A stretch of 64,000 nucleotides of DNA from Lama guanicoe. Taxonomy: Eukaryota. Position 1 is the first letter of the stretch. The number at the start of each line of letters is the position of its first letter. Positions 51,778-64,000 of this stretch are shown here, in pieces. The translations under genes and the position numbers were made by a program. Location of the stretch: contig MU053810.1 in the NCBI GenBank assembly GCA_013239625.1, positions 6,172,122 through 6,236,121 of the forward strand, written 5' to 3'. The notes below the pieces were generated by a model, which did no database searches, was not told where the DNA came from, and saw only the letters and a list, made by a program, of their open reading frames with translations.

Positions 51778-53913
51778 AAGAACTGTTCTTCTGGGAGGCC
51801 AGAATTCCTAAAATCATTCTGTTGCTTATAAAATAAACTCACAAGGCCCTATACAATTATAAATATTTTGGTGTAATAGACTATGAAACACAAAATTTAT
51901 TACAAGATTTGTGGACTCATTAAAGGGTATTAGATACAAAGATAACTGAAATAAAATTGAGGAGGATTACAACTAAATGAAAATAATAATGCTTTTTGAA
52001 AGTGGGAGGGTTTAAAGAAATTCGAAGTGGCATATCAAATGCAGACACTTATGGCTACAAATATCATAAGCAGCTCATTCTAATAACATGAAGATACCTG
52101 GAATTTTTTATTTATAAGTGAAAAAAAGCAAAAAATAGTGGGTGATTGATATATAGTCTTAGGATATGAAAATACAAAAAAATTAATGGACACTACATAA
52201 CGTAGTAAGTATCGTGTTTAAGATTTGAAGTAACTAAATCACAAAGTAACCCACATAACAAAGTTATATTTCTTGAGAAGTAACAATGAAAGAATTCTGA
52301 AATCTAGTATTTACCAGCCTAAGCCTGGGCACAGCAACCGCCTATATGGAAATTTGCCATCTTACATGTAGGTCAGAAATTGTTTTTAGAGGAACTTCTC
52401 AGAAACACAAGGCCTCAAAATATTTCAGAATCTAATAAAATCTGTTATAATTATCATTTTCTTCATTCTATTTTTGTTAAAGGCAATTCTAACTTTGTCA
52501 GCATTCCAGACAGGACGAATTCAAAGACATGGCAATTCCTCAATTGCTAGTTTAATGATAGACATAATGGAAGCCAATAAACTTAACTGATAAATTATCT
52601 CAGGTCCAGAGAGATTAAAGCAACTTAATCAAAGTTATCCTTGTCTAGAGGCAGATATGGAACAGAACCCAAGTCTCCCAAATACCCAGAAAAAACACAA
52701 ACATAGTGTAAAAATTGCTAAGTATTAATAGTCTGAAGATGGTGTTAAATTTCATAGACCTTTCACAACACGTTGAGCAGACAGGAAATACCATCCGGAA
52801 GACATTACATAAGTTTCCTAGCAGATCTTCTGTTAATTTTGCCAGCCAGCGTTACTGTAAGAGTGCCCATGTGCCATCCCAGTATTTCAGCGAGGGAGGC
52901 CAGATGGAAAATTGCCACTGGAGGGTTATTCAAAGGGACAAAGGCTCTTTTTCTGAAACTTCCGTTCAGAGACCTAGACTTTAAAATTAGGTAGCAGCTA
53001 ATACCCTTGCCTTTATTTGAACCACTTTATACCACCAGAAATCATATTCCAAGCAGTCATAAACTCATGAGTTTTTTCATGTTACTTTTCTCTGTTACTC
53101 CAGTCCCCTTTCTCTAACGATCACGTTAAAAGTTATTTCTGGACTGCTCTAGGAAAAAACACGTTTAGCGGTCCATGGTATGAAAGATAAGAAATACCTT
53201 CCCAGGAGGAAAATAAGAGTTGCACTGGGCAAAGTCTTCAGGGGAACTCCTGCCTCGAGGTCCTCCTGGATCTAATAACATCCTGGTTAGTTTGCTTCAT
53301 GCTTAAAAGGGCGCTCGGGAATATTCATTTCAAGCCAAATTACAAAACTTATGCCTGGTGTCCAGATCTTTCCTCTATGTTATTTTAAAATGGAAAGGAC
53401 AATAATTCGGCGGAAAAGTTATTTTTAAAAAGAAGAAACAACTGTCTGAAAGTTTTCAAGGAAGGAAATACTCCAAGACGCATCAGACTGCGGTCGATCG
53501 TCCCTCTCAAATTCTCACCACTCGGATTTAAACTACGGTGTCCTAAGCGCCCCGGGAATTCCTGCAGAGCTGGGGCACCTGGACCCGCTAAACAGGCGAG
53601 GGGGAGTCGCGGCCCCCCGTTTGAACCTATAGCAATGTTCTGGGCAGGAAATCAGTCAAATCTGATGAAACTTAAGGTGAGGAAGGCGAACCGAGCTGCC
53701 AATCCCGGGGAAGCTGGGTCAAGTGCAGAGATCCGCGGAGAGGACCCTGGGGACCCCTCGCTCTGGAGAGCCAAGAGGGGGACGCGCGTTCACCCAGCCA
53801 GCGCCGCGAGCTGGCGCGGCCTCGGGGCCGATGGGCTAGGCACCTGGTCGGATGACAGCCCCGCGGGCCCGGGTGCAGCTCCCAGGGCCCCTGGGCTGGC
53901 GGGCGCCGCTTAC

Positions 53914-54132
53914 CTCGACGGTTGTTTGGGGACGCGCGGGGCCTCGGCGGGGACTTGTGGGCGCGGGTCGGTGTTGGGGCGGCGGCCGGGAAGGCGCGGG
54001 GTGCACTCGGCTGCGTCCGGGCTCCAATCGGCAGCTTAGGGGAGGAAGTGGTGTCAGCTGGGCCCTCCCCACGCGGTACACAGAGGTGTGGCGCTCGGCG
54101 GGCCGCTCGGCATCGGGGTGCCAGAAGGGCGC
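53914..54132 (-). other. APBB1IP: Predicted APBB1IP non-coding exon 2 (5'UTR)
   Basis: Acceptor tgtgtctccaaccag|GCGCCC and donor GAG|gtaagc inside the CpG island. Splicing to 13262 gives GAG ATG G, a good Kozak context. Confidence 0.72.
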
Positions 54133-54308
54133 CTGGTTGGAGACACAACGGACGTGAATAAAGACACCAAAAGCTCGGGGGCTGCTTTTTCCAACTCATC
54201 GGGTCTGTGCATTTCGTCTTAGCACCCCCTGCTCCTCCCACCGCCACCCAGAAGACTTTGGTTTTAATTCTGGGAAAAATTGCGCCGTCCTCTCTCATCC
54301 CTCCCTAC

Positions 54309-54460
54309 CTGCGCCGTGTGCACTCTTCCCTCGGGAGCGTTCCCTTTGTTGTCTCCTGGAAATACCAGTGGTTAAAGGATCGGGAGCCGGATGATGGTTC
54401 CACAAAAGCCTCAGAAGCCGGTTTACTTTGCAACGGCCTTCTGAAGTGTTAACTGCAGCC
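54309..54460 (-). other. APBB1IP: Predicted APBB1IP non-coding exon 1; 5' end approximate
   Basis: Donor CAG|gtaggg at 54309/54308 defines a 176-nt intron to the 54132 acceptor. No ATG in the exon; lies just downstream of GC boxes and an ETS site. Confidence 0.6.
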
Positions 54461-54469
54461 CTTTCTGGG

Positions 54470-54480
54470 CTTCCTCTTTC
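54470..54480 (-). promoter_or_regulatory. PU.1/ETS site with IRF-ETS composite form (GAAAGAGGAAG)
   Basis: Plus strand cttcctctttc next to the inferred TSS; motif match only. Confidence 0.5.
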
Positions 54481-55149
54481 GGGCCGGTTGTGCAAGGCCC
54501 GGCTTCCCCGCGCGCGCAGCCCGCCCGCAGGGGACGGGGGCCAGAGGGGAGGTCCCCGCCTGCCCGCCCGCCCCGCCGCAGGGGAGGCGCCGCGGCCGAG
54601 TTAGGCGGGCTGTGCCGGAACCGGGTGGGGAAGGGCGCCTCCGCCCTAGGGGTTTCTCAGCTCTCAGACCGCCCCCCATCCCACCCTGAAGCTTAACGAC
54701 ACTCAGTTGGCGGGCGAGGCTGTGGCTTCTCGCGTATCTCCAAACTGGTCTGAACCCTGTAGGGGGGAATTTGGCAACAGCTACTTAACTGACATCTGCC
54801 CTGACCCTTTGACCGGGCGACCCCGCTTCTACGAATGTATTACAGAGATACAGTGATGTAAAAGAAGTACTGCATACGCCCAAGGCCATTCTTGGCCGCC
54901 GGATTTGTAATTGTAAGAAACGACTGACTGGATATGACCCCGTGACTTTCGGGAGTGGAGTCTCCAGAGAGAAAATGGGGAGATCTGAAAGCAGAGACGT
55001 TAAAATCAGATTTGCAAACGTGGTTAAGTTCACCTTTTTCACCTCTACAGCTGCCTTCAAGGGCATATATGTGGGGAAGGAGGTGGAGACATAAAGGCAT
55101 AAATTAGACCCATAAATTAATTAGGTAACTTCAGATATTTCGGTCATTA

Positions 55150-56250
55150 AATAATAACAAGAAACTATTCAGCACCTACTCTTTTCTAAGGACAATGAAA
55201 ACAGTAGTGAAGAAAGCAATTCCTGCTCTCATGGAAAGTAGATTGTAGTTGGGGAAAAACACAATATATGAAGTAATATTTAACATGTCAAGTAATGTAA
55301 GAATTTTGAGGGAAACTAGAAGGGGAGGACAGACTGATGGGGGTGGGGATGGAGTTGCCATGTTAACTATGGTCATCAAGGAAGATCTAGTTAAGTGATG
55401 CTTGAGCCAGACCTAAATGCATGAGAGATTAATCCATGTGGATTTTTGGATGAGAAAATTTCTGGCAAGAGAGAGGGCACATTCAAAGGCCCTGAGTTAG
55501 GAGGGCACTTGAGATGTTGGAAAAACAGCAAGGAAGGGACTATTCTGTTCTGGTAGGGACCTTGCTCTGAGTGATGGGAAGTCATTGGGAGGTTCTGAAC
55601 AGAGTCCCAGTACTATATGGAAAGTCAAGTCAAGCAACAGAGTGACTTTTATGGGGAAAGGGAAAGAGATCAGGGAACAGCTCTTTGCAAAATAATGAAA
55701 AAGGGGCGGCCGAAAAAGCACCCCACAGGAAGAGCAAGAAAAGACCTTGAGGTGGGAATGCGGAAGGTGAGAAAGGACAGTGCATCTGGAATATGGCGAA
55801 AGAGTAGGGGGCAGTGGGAGAGGATGGGGACTGAGAGGCAGTCAGGCGCCAGACCAAGCAGGGCCCGAGGGTCAGCCTGAGGACTCTGGGTTTTATCATA
55901 ATTGCGATGAGGAGCAATTTGAAGGTTTTCAGCAAGGAGTACATGATTTGACTTCTGCTATATGCCATCATGCTGGTTTGTGATTGGAAAACCAATTGAA
56001 TGAGGCAAGAAGAAAAGCAGTGAGAGAACACTCAGGAGGCTGTGGCTGCAGCCCAGAGAAAAAATGATGATAGCTTTGATTAGGATTCTAAGAGTGGGCA
56101 TGGTGAGAAGAGTTTGGATCCAAGATACATTATGAAACGAGAACAAACAGCATTTGCTGATGGGTAGGGGTGGGGTCAGGAGAGTGGCAGAAGGGATTAG
56201 GAACTGAGTGTAAACCAGTGTGACAGGTGTCCTGGGAGCTCTGGTATGAG
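55150..56250 (-). mobile_element. L2 fragments upstream of the promoter
   Basis: Purine-rich antisense L2 motifs (attcagcacctact, gaaggttttcagcaaggagtacatgatttgactt). Confidence 0.55.
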
Positions 56251-57302
56251 GCAAGGCCAGGTAGAGAAAGATCAGTAGGGACAAACTGCATAGGACCAAC
56301 AACATGGACAGTGGCCAAGATTGTTTTCTCATCCTAAAAGTAATGAGATTGTGTAAAATAATATTTCAAGCTTCTATTTTCTCTAAAGGAAGAAAAGGAG
56401 TAGAGTCATCTACTGGGGGGTGAGAGAACAGCAGGTCATAGATTTTGGGAGCTAGAGAAAGTTTAACAAAGTCATTGCAAAGAATGGGAGAGTGAGTTGC
56501 TCAGAAAAATGTAATGGGACTTCCAGGCAGCCTGAGAGTCTGAAATTGGTGATCGTGTCAAAAGCAATCTGCTCAGTCATGTGGCTCTCCTGCAGGGCTA
56601 GGTTACTAGGTTTGGAGAAAGTTTAGCTATAATGGGAGTTGCCAAACAAGCCCACCGGAAGGATGGGTCATTGTGGTCAGAAGCTAGGTAGACTGAACTT
56701 TGCTTCTCGAGGCAGTGAGATTATGAGTGCTGACAATGCCCAGGGTGTGTTCAAGGGCCTGGCTGTCTGAGATGATCAAGGAAATAAGAGGCCAAAGGAT
56801 AGCTATCTGTTAAGTCATTCAGGATTAGGGTGGCCACATAAAATTGCTGAGACTGGGATGCTCTTGAGGGGGCCAAAATGCTAACTCGGTGAGAAATCAG
56901 GAAACAGGTATAATTCGTGACTCTTTCAGACAAACAGAAAGATGGCAAGATTTAAGGTCATCTTAAAGGAGGACTGGGAGTCAGGTGTTTTGAAATGAGA
57001 GAGCAGGACTGACTAATTTTGGGAGAAGACAGTTCTGAAGAGGTAGACAGAATAGTTTACCCAAGTGGCAGGAACCTCAAGAGAAAAATTTGTCTACTTT
57101 TTTGTTTTGTTTTGAATAAAACGCTGAGCCACTAAAATGTCTGCAGGAAGCAATGGGGAGCACAGAGAAGAGGAAATTCACCTTCTGAACTTGAGAGAAT
57201 AAACTACTTCGCCTTGAGAAAGTGGCAGTGGAAAGTTTACAAGGGCAGAGTTAAAGCTCCAAGTAGAGGAACACTCTAGAAATAGCTTCAAGACACAGGA
57301 GT

Positions 57303-57910
57303 ACCTGGGCATATATCCAAGGAACTTTCATTTGAAAAGATACATGCTCCCCAATGTTCATAGCAGCACTATTTAAAACAGCCAAGACATGCAACAACCT
57401 GAATGTCTATCGACAGATGACTGGATAAAGATGTGGTATATTTATACAGTGGAATACTACTCAGCCATTAAAAATAATAAAATAATGCCATTTGCAGCAA
57501 ATCATGGGTAGACCTGGAGATTGTCACTCTTAAGTAGGTAAGCCAGAAAGATAAAGGAAAATACCATATGATATCACTTATATGTGGAATCTGATAAAAG
57601 ACAAACGTATTTATAAAATAGAAACAGACTTACAGACATAGAAAACAAACTTATGGTCATCAGGGGGGGTAGGGGGTAGAAAGGGATAAATTGGGAGTTC
57701 AAGATTTGCAGACACAAATTACTATATATAAAATAAATAAGTTTATGCTGTATAACACAGGGAACCATATTCAATATCTTGTAGTAACCTATAATGCAGG
57801 AGAATGTGAAAACAAATATATGTATGTATATGTATGACTGAACTATTTTGCTGTATACCAGAGACTGACACAACATTGCAAACTGACTATAGTTTCATTA
57901 AAAAAAAAAA
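57303..57910 (+). mobile_element. 5'-truncated L1
   Basis: ORF2 end (ccaatgttcatagcagcactattt), 3'UTR, poly(A); approximate TSD aaga(ca)caggagt. Confidence 0.85.
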
Positions 57911-58419
57911 AGACAGGAGTGGCACTGACTGAGTTTGGGAGGTGAAGAAGAGGATGGCCGATTGAATTACAGGCAAGGAAGAACAGAATGTCCTGGAATG
58001 AAGGTGTGGGAGAAAATTCTCCACGTGGCTTCCTCTTTGGGTAGGGACCTCCTGGAACATCTCTGCAGAGGGTGGCTAGTGGCTGGAGGATGGGGGCTAT
58101 AGGAATGTAGGGGAGTTCATTTAATTGAGTTGGATTTTAACTGTGTTTCTTACAACCTCACTTTTTTGGCATGCCCCCCAAGTCCAACATGTATTTTGGC
58201 CCATCTCCTCCTGGCTAAAGTGCACTTTAATCTTCTGGCAAGTGAGCTGGGTTGACTTGAAGTAAGATTTCTGCCTTTTTTTTTTTGGAGTGGGAAGGGA
58301 TTTTTTTTTTTCCTTTTGATTTAGCATTTTGTAATTTTGCCCAGTTATTTTATTGGGCTCACCCTTAATGGTAAGGAATATTTGTTTCTGGTGTAAATAT
58401 CTAACTTTTATGCCACCTG

Positions 58420-58850
58420 CAGCAGACTATAGGTTTTCCAGCAATGGCTATGACTATCTCTCCCTTCCCCATCAAGAGGTGGGATCCATTTCTTTCCCTC
58501 CCTCTTGAGTCCAGTCAGGCTCTGTGATTGCTTTGACCAATAGAAAACAGAAGAGGTGGTGGTGGACTTGGCACTTAACTGGCTCTTTCAGCCCTGAGGA
58601 GAGAGAGGCCACGTGGAGGAACACTGAGGCAACAGATGGGAGGTGAAGACGCCATCATGGGCCCCCAGCCCCTGTCAGGCCTTCAGAGGACTCTGGCCCC
58701 GGCTCTTATCTAAACGCAGCTGCACGAGGGACCAGGGAGAAAGAACCACCCTACGGAGTCGAGTCAACCCACAGATCCCTGAGAGATAATGATTAACAGC
58801 TGTGGGAGCCTCTCAGTTTGGGTTTTCTTCACAGCAAGAGCTACTCAAAA
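58420..58850 (+). mobile_element. Degraded MaLR (MLT1) LTR
   Basis: cccatcaagaggtgg, ctgtgattgctttgaccaatagaa and gagaggccacgtggaggaacactgagg motifs. Confidence 0.6.
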
Positions 58851-59700
58851 TACCATCTTGCGTACCTCGGCTTCTCCTTTTTTGGTCCTGGTAAAGCGTC
58901 TGTGCTTTACCATATAAAATATAAATCAGTAATATAAAATTAACTCTGCTCAGGAGTTCTATTTTAATCATAACATGTGTGTATAATTGGTAGGCTGTTA
59001 CTAACGATAGGTTTTATATAAAGCACATATATTTCCTCTTGCCTGTTAACAAGAATCTCCCTCTGCCTGACCTCTCACCCTTTGCTAACCTCCCTCAGCC
59101 AACCCCTTCCTGCACATCCCAGGGATAGTCAGCGGGAGGAGAACTGAAAGGAAGGGATGGGAGAACAGCACCAGGAGGAGAAGGCTGGGGAAGAAGAAAG
59201 CCCAAAAAGGCTTGTGAGAGAAGTTTTGGTGGGGAGCTGAGGGCAAAGCATGGAGAGAGATGTTTGAAGTCACTGCAGGGTATGAGAGAGGCAGAGAGTG
59301 AGAAGAAGGGGGTTTTAAGAATTGTGGACTTAGTTTAAAATTAAAATTGGCTGTTGGTTTCTTTGAATTGACGCTGCACAGAGGCTATGCCCATGGGAGC
59401 CCAGTGTTAGGTTACTTAATAAGCATTAACATCTGTGAATTACTGTGCTATATATGCATACACTGTCTCTCCCTAGAACACATGTCTGTGAAGCAGTTAC
59501 CATTGCTACCTAGCACCACTGACAACATATGAAGCAAACGGGGATTGATCTGCAGGGAACAAAATCCATTGAAACTGGCGCAGGCAGAAAGAAGTTCTTG
59601 GAGTAAAGCTCCCTGGACTCTGGAAGTACAGCTGGGTCTCTTAAGGAACTACACTAAGAACCAGAGGACCACCAGGAAGCCTCTCCATCGCTTGTTTCCT

Positions 59701-61040
59701 TTTTATTTTTCAATTTAAAAAATTGTGGTAAAATATACATAATGTGAAATTCATCCTCTTAACCATTTTAAGTGTACATTTCAGTGATATTAAATGCATT
59801 CATAATATTGTGCAGCCATCACCACCATCCCTCTCCAGAGCTTTTTTCATCTTGTAAAACCCAAACTCTATATTAACTGAATACGAACTCCCTCTTCTCC
59901 CCTCCTCCGGCCCCTGGCAACCACCATTCTGCTTTCTGACTCGATGATTTTGATTGTGCCTCATATAAGTAGAATCATATAGTATTTGTCTTTTCGAAAC
60001 TGGCTAACTTCACTTACATGCTGTCCTTAAAGCTTCATCCACGTCGTAGCATAAACCAGAGTTTTCTTCCTTCTTAAAGTTGACTAATATTCCACTGCAT
60101 GTGTGTACACATTTTGTTTATCCATTCTTTCTTTCATCCGTGGACGCTTGGATTACTTTCCCATTTTAGCTTTTGTGAATAATGCTGCCATGAGTGTGGG
60201 TGTACAAATACCTCTTTGAATCTCTGCTTTTAATCTTTTTGGGTATATACCCAGAAGTGGAATTGCTGGATCATATGGTAATTCTATTTTTAATTTCTGA
60301 GGAATGCTGTTATCCACAGAAGCTATACAATTTTACATTCCCAACAATGGTGCACAGTGTTCCCATTTCTCCACATTCTCTTTCTTTCTAGTAGCTATGT
60401 TAATGGGTATAAGGTGATATCTCATTGTAGTTTTGATTTGCATTTCTCTAATGATTAATGATGTTGAGCATTTCTTGTGCTTACTGACCATTCGTGTTAT
60501 CTTCTTTGGAGAGATGTCTAATCAAGTCTTTTGTCCATTTTTGAACTGGTTTGTTTTTGTTGTTGTTGAATTTTAAGAGCTCTCTATATATTCTGAATAT
60601 TAATCCCATATATATATGATTTGCAAATTTTTTCCCATTCTGTGGGTTGCATTTTCACTTTGTGGATATTGTTTTTTGAGGCACAAAAGTTTTAAATTTT
60701 CATGAAGTCCAATACGTCTATTTTTCCTTTGGAAGCCAGTGCCTTTGGTGTCATAGCTAAGGAATCACTGCCAAATCCAATGTCATGAAGATTTTGCCCT
60801 GTGTTTTCTTCTAAAGTTTCATAGTTTCCGGTTTTACGTTTAAGTCTTTGATCCATTTTAAGGTAACTTTTGTATAGGTTGTAGGTGAGGGTCCAGCTTC
60901 TTTCTTTTGTACGTGGATATACAGTTTTCCCAGTACCATTTGTTGAAAAGAATGCCTTTTACCCATTGTATGGTCTTTGTATCCTTGTCCAAAATCATTT
61001 CAGCATTTATGTAAGGGGTTATTTCTGGGCTTTCTATCAT
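59701..61040 (-). mobile_element. L1MB-like 3' portion
   Basis: Antisense L1; ORF 60858..61058 is degenerate ORF2 (LFNKWYWENCIS..LDPHL). Confidence 0.85.
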
Positions 61041-61169
61041 CTGCTTCTTCTGTTCCATCCAGTTTGATTATTAAGCCTGGGTATGAATGAGAACCATTGG
61101 CAGAGCCTTAAAAAATACTGACACCTTAGCCAAATTCTTAAAATACTTGTTGATATCAAAACTTCAACA

Positions 61170-61905
61170 TTGACTAAAACCATATGAGGCACTACTACGT
61201 ACTCATAATAGAATGTGAAAATTAAAAAGATTGATCATGTTAAGTGTTGACAAGGGTATGGAGGAACTGGAACTCTCAGACATTGCAGTGGCTGGGGATG
61301 TTACAACTTTAGGAAATGGTTTAGCAGTTCATTAAAAAGTTAAACATATGCTTACCATGTAACCTGGCTATTCTACTCCTAGGTAACTGTCCAAGAGAAA
61401 TAAAAGCATATGTCCACATAAAGACTTGCACACAAATGTTCATAGAAGCTTTATTTGTAATAGTCCCAAATTGGAAACAACCCAAATGTCCAGCACAGGT
61501 GAATGGATAAACAAATGGTGTAAAAATCATACCACAGAATACTACTCCATGAAAAAGAACAAACGTCTGGTACCCACAACAATGTGATGAATCTCAAGAT
61601 AATTATGCTGAGTGAAAAATATCAGATTAAAAAAAGCATACATGTCAGATGATCTCACCTATTTAAATTCTTGACCATTCAAACTAACCTATAGAGAGAA
61701 TAAGCACTGGAAGGGGTGTGGGGAAGGAAAGAGGGAGGATTACAGAGGGGTATAAGGAAACTTTTAAGAAACTTTCAAGGGTGATGATCATGTCTGGTGA
61801 TGGTTTCCATGAGTGTGTACATGTATCGAAAACTGATCAAATAGTACACTTTAAATATGTGTTGTTTACTACATGTCAGCTGTACATCAACAGAACTGTA
61901 AAAAA
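61170..61905 (+). mobile_element. L1MC-like 3' portion
   Basis: ggaggaactggaactctca, caaatgttcatagaagctttatttgtaatag and 3'UTR motifs. Confidence 0.8.
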
Positions 61906-63046
61906 AATTTGTACCTTGGATTGTTTTTCAATTCATGATTTCAAAAAATAATTTTAAAAAATTTAGAAAACAATTAACCCCCCAATGTAATTTTAACAAT
62001 CTACATACTAAGTTTTAAAATCTTACTTATCAACAATAAAGGAAAAAAATTGAAATCTGTAATATCAATGTTTTGAACAAGTATCAATAAATAGGGAAGA
62101 ATCTCTGCTTTAGATTTTTCATAGCTGCACATTTTGTTGTTGGAAACCTTGATCTGAATATAAGAGAGAAAATTCAAAATTGTACAGGAAGAAATATGAT
62201 ATCAAATACTACAAATCTTCCAGAAGCTCTGTTGAATGACACAGGCTACAGCAAGCTATTTGACATTGTAGGGACTGACACCTTGAATGTTTCTACAGCA
62301 AAATGGGTTTTGTATCATGACTGAAAAAGCTTTAGGATTTAAGAAACGCTAGAGTTACATATTTTTAAAGTGTAGAACACAAACTTTATTGAAGGTCTTT
62401 TTTATCCAAATTAAAAATTTTTATCTGCTTTTTTGTTAGATCCACGTGAGTCGTGGTAATAGAGGCCTGCACACTCCTCAGAAACTCCATTAAGAGGAAG
62501 GGAAAAATTTCAAGTGCTTCCAATTTAAATAGTTAACTTTTTCTGTGTGTATGTCTACACGGCAAGATTATAATAGATTAAGACAAGAAAAAAGTGCATG
62601 AGAATTTATTGCAGTTGACCCTGTTTGGTATTTTAGAACATCAAATTAAGATCTGGCAGCTTTTAATGGGCACAGAGTGACATTGGAATGCTGGCCATAA
62701 ACACTGAGCTAGACATAAGATCAGTACAAATTATTTCCTTAAGGCATTTGAATTACCAACGAGGTCTTGTTCAATAGAACCATTTAAATTACCATTTGCA
62801 TTACATTAAGTAATTTTATATATCCTTCTTAGAGATAAAAGAAAATTATTTTGACAGAATTTCTGCACTTAAAAATAAATCTCAATTTCAATGAGAGGCT
62901 TGTAAAAGACGTTATTAGCAGACATGTATTATAAATTTATGATGTGATAGTTTGCATATAATAGTAACTATTGTTTATTATTTATTTTCCTTCTGTGAAC
63001 ATTTGCTCTGATGCACTATGAATTTTTTTCACTTTTACAACAAACC

Positions 63047-63420
63047 TTTTTCTTAATTGAGGTATAATTTACATACAAAGACATGCACAGATTTTAAGTG
63101 TACAACTTAATGAGGATTTTCCCCTGTTGTTAATTCTGATGTTGTTAATTTTGGTGAAGTCTAATAAATCACTTTTTTCTTTTATGATAAGTGTTTTTGG
63201 TGTCCTATCTATGAAATCTTTGCCTATCTCATGATCACAAATATTTTCTCCTCTGTTTTCTTCTAGAAGTTTTATAGTTTAACTGCAGTTTGAGTTATGC
63301 TTATGATTGATCTGGAACTAATTTTTATGAGTGGTGTGAGGTAGGGGTTGAGATTTATTCTATTTCCAGGCACTTATCCAGTTGTCCAAACATCATTTGT
63401 TGAAAAAATTTTCCTGCTTC
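63047..63420 (-). mobile_element. Old L1 fragments
   Basis: ttaattgaggtataatttacatac and atccagttgtccaaacatcatttgttgaaaa. Confidence 0.6.
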
Positions 63421-64000
63421 AGCTGCACCATAACTTGGGTGACTGGCTTAATTCTCAGGTTCAGTGACAGAAAGTCCATTTGGCTCTCATAGTAAACTTT
63501 ATCTTCCCAGTCTAGCCTTCATTACTATGAAGGTGATGTTTTAGTCTCCAATAACTGTTCATCTGGTCTCCTTGCAAGCTCCCAATAAGGGGATCTAGGT
63601 TTAAAGCCAGCAACTGGCTTGTTGCAGGTCCATGCTGCATGAACATTTCTATTTCCTTTTTTCTCCCAAGATATTAAGTTACATGTAGATGATGTTTGGT
63701 TGAGGCTTTTTTTTTTTAATCTTTTTTTTACTGGAAAGTATCTTGGCTCCTGTTACAGAGTATTTTTTTTTTAAGATAAAAATCATGATTCTCATACTAA
63801 TATAAAACCAAAGCTGGTCAAGGATTTTATTTAATTCATTAAACAATGGAGGACCCTGCAAGAGTTTCAGAGGAGAACTTAAAGGGGCACAGGTTTACAG
63901 GTTTACATGCGATAGGGAAATGTTGGAAATGAATTTACAAATAAAGAGACTAATCCATCCTCAAGGCGACTGTAAATTACATCTCACCTGACACAAGAAA

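Larger units (their letters stand above)
1..54460 (-). other. APBB1IP: APBB1IP (RIAM) gene span, 5' portion; 3' end lies beyond position 1; TSS approximate
   Basis: Four spliced exons give MGESNEDIDQMFSNLLGEMDLLTQSLGVDTLPPP...DLPPPPADPMLDLPLPPPPPEPLSQEEAEAQAKADKIKLALEKLKEAKVKK, recognised as the RIAM N-terminus. A CpG island with splice donors lies upstream. Confidence 0.93.
53480..54740. promoter_or_regulatory. CpG island / TATA-less promoter of APBB1IP
   Basis: The only extended GC- and CpG-rich stretch in the window; clustered CCCGCC GC boxes near 54554-54578. Confidence 0.9.

Noticed and set aside
53635..54696. Cluster of long ORFs on both strands (up to 208 aa)
   Set aside because: Expected from stop-codon scarcity in a CpG island; Pro/Arg/Gly-rich with no recognisable domain.

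Overview
Mammalian genomic DNA, most likely a camelid (alpaca, llama or camel), judged from the tRNA-derived SINEs and young L1 3' ends; that assignment is from recall, not a search. The window holds the 5' part of APBB1IP (RIAM, the Rap1-GTP-interacting adaptor) on the minus strand. A CpG-island promoter at about 53.5-54.7 kb carries two predicted non-coding exons. A ~40.6 kb intron follows, then four coding exons (13262-13191, 9419-9332, 6121-5829, 3179-3102). All have GT-AG boundaries and join in frame to give residues 1-177. The gene continues beyond position 1. The rest is intron or upstream DNA rich in L1, L2, MIR, MaLR and SINE relics, and nearly all ORFs in the supplied track are spurious. 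There is no CRISPR array, prokaryotic system or functional RNA gene. Best-supported unusual observations: (1) an apparent L1 3' transduction at 32154-33120 with TSD, poly(A) tail and a MIR-derived poly(A) signal; (2) a 71-bp segment inside it that recurs 4.4 kb away; (3) a perfect 117-bp tandem duplication. More speculative: an internal alternative promoter with extra 5' exons, a stop-free 453-nt circle from coding exons 1-3 between inverted SINEs, an intronic poly(A) truncated isoform, and a 5'UTR uORF.
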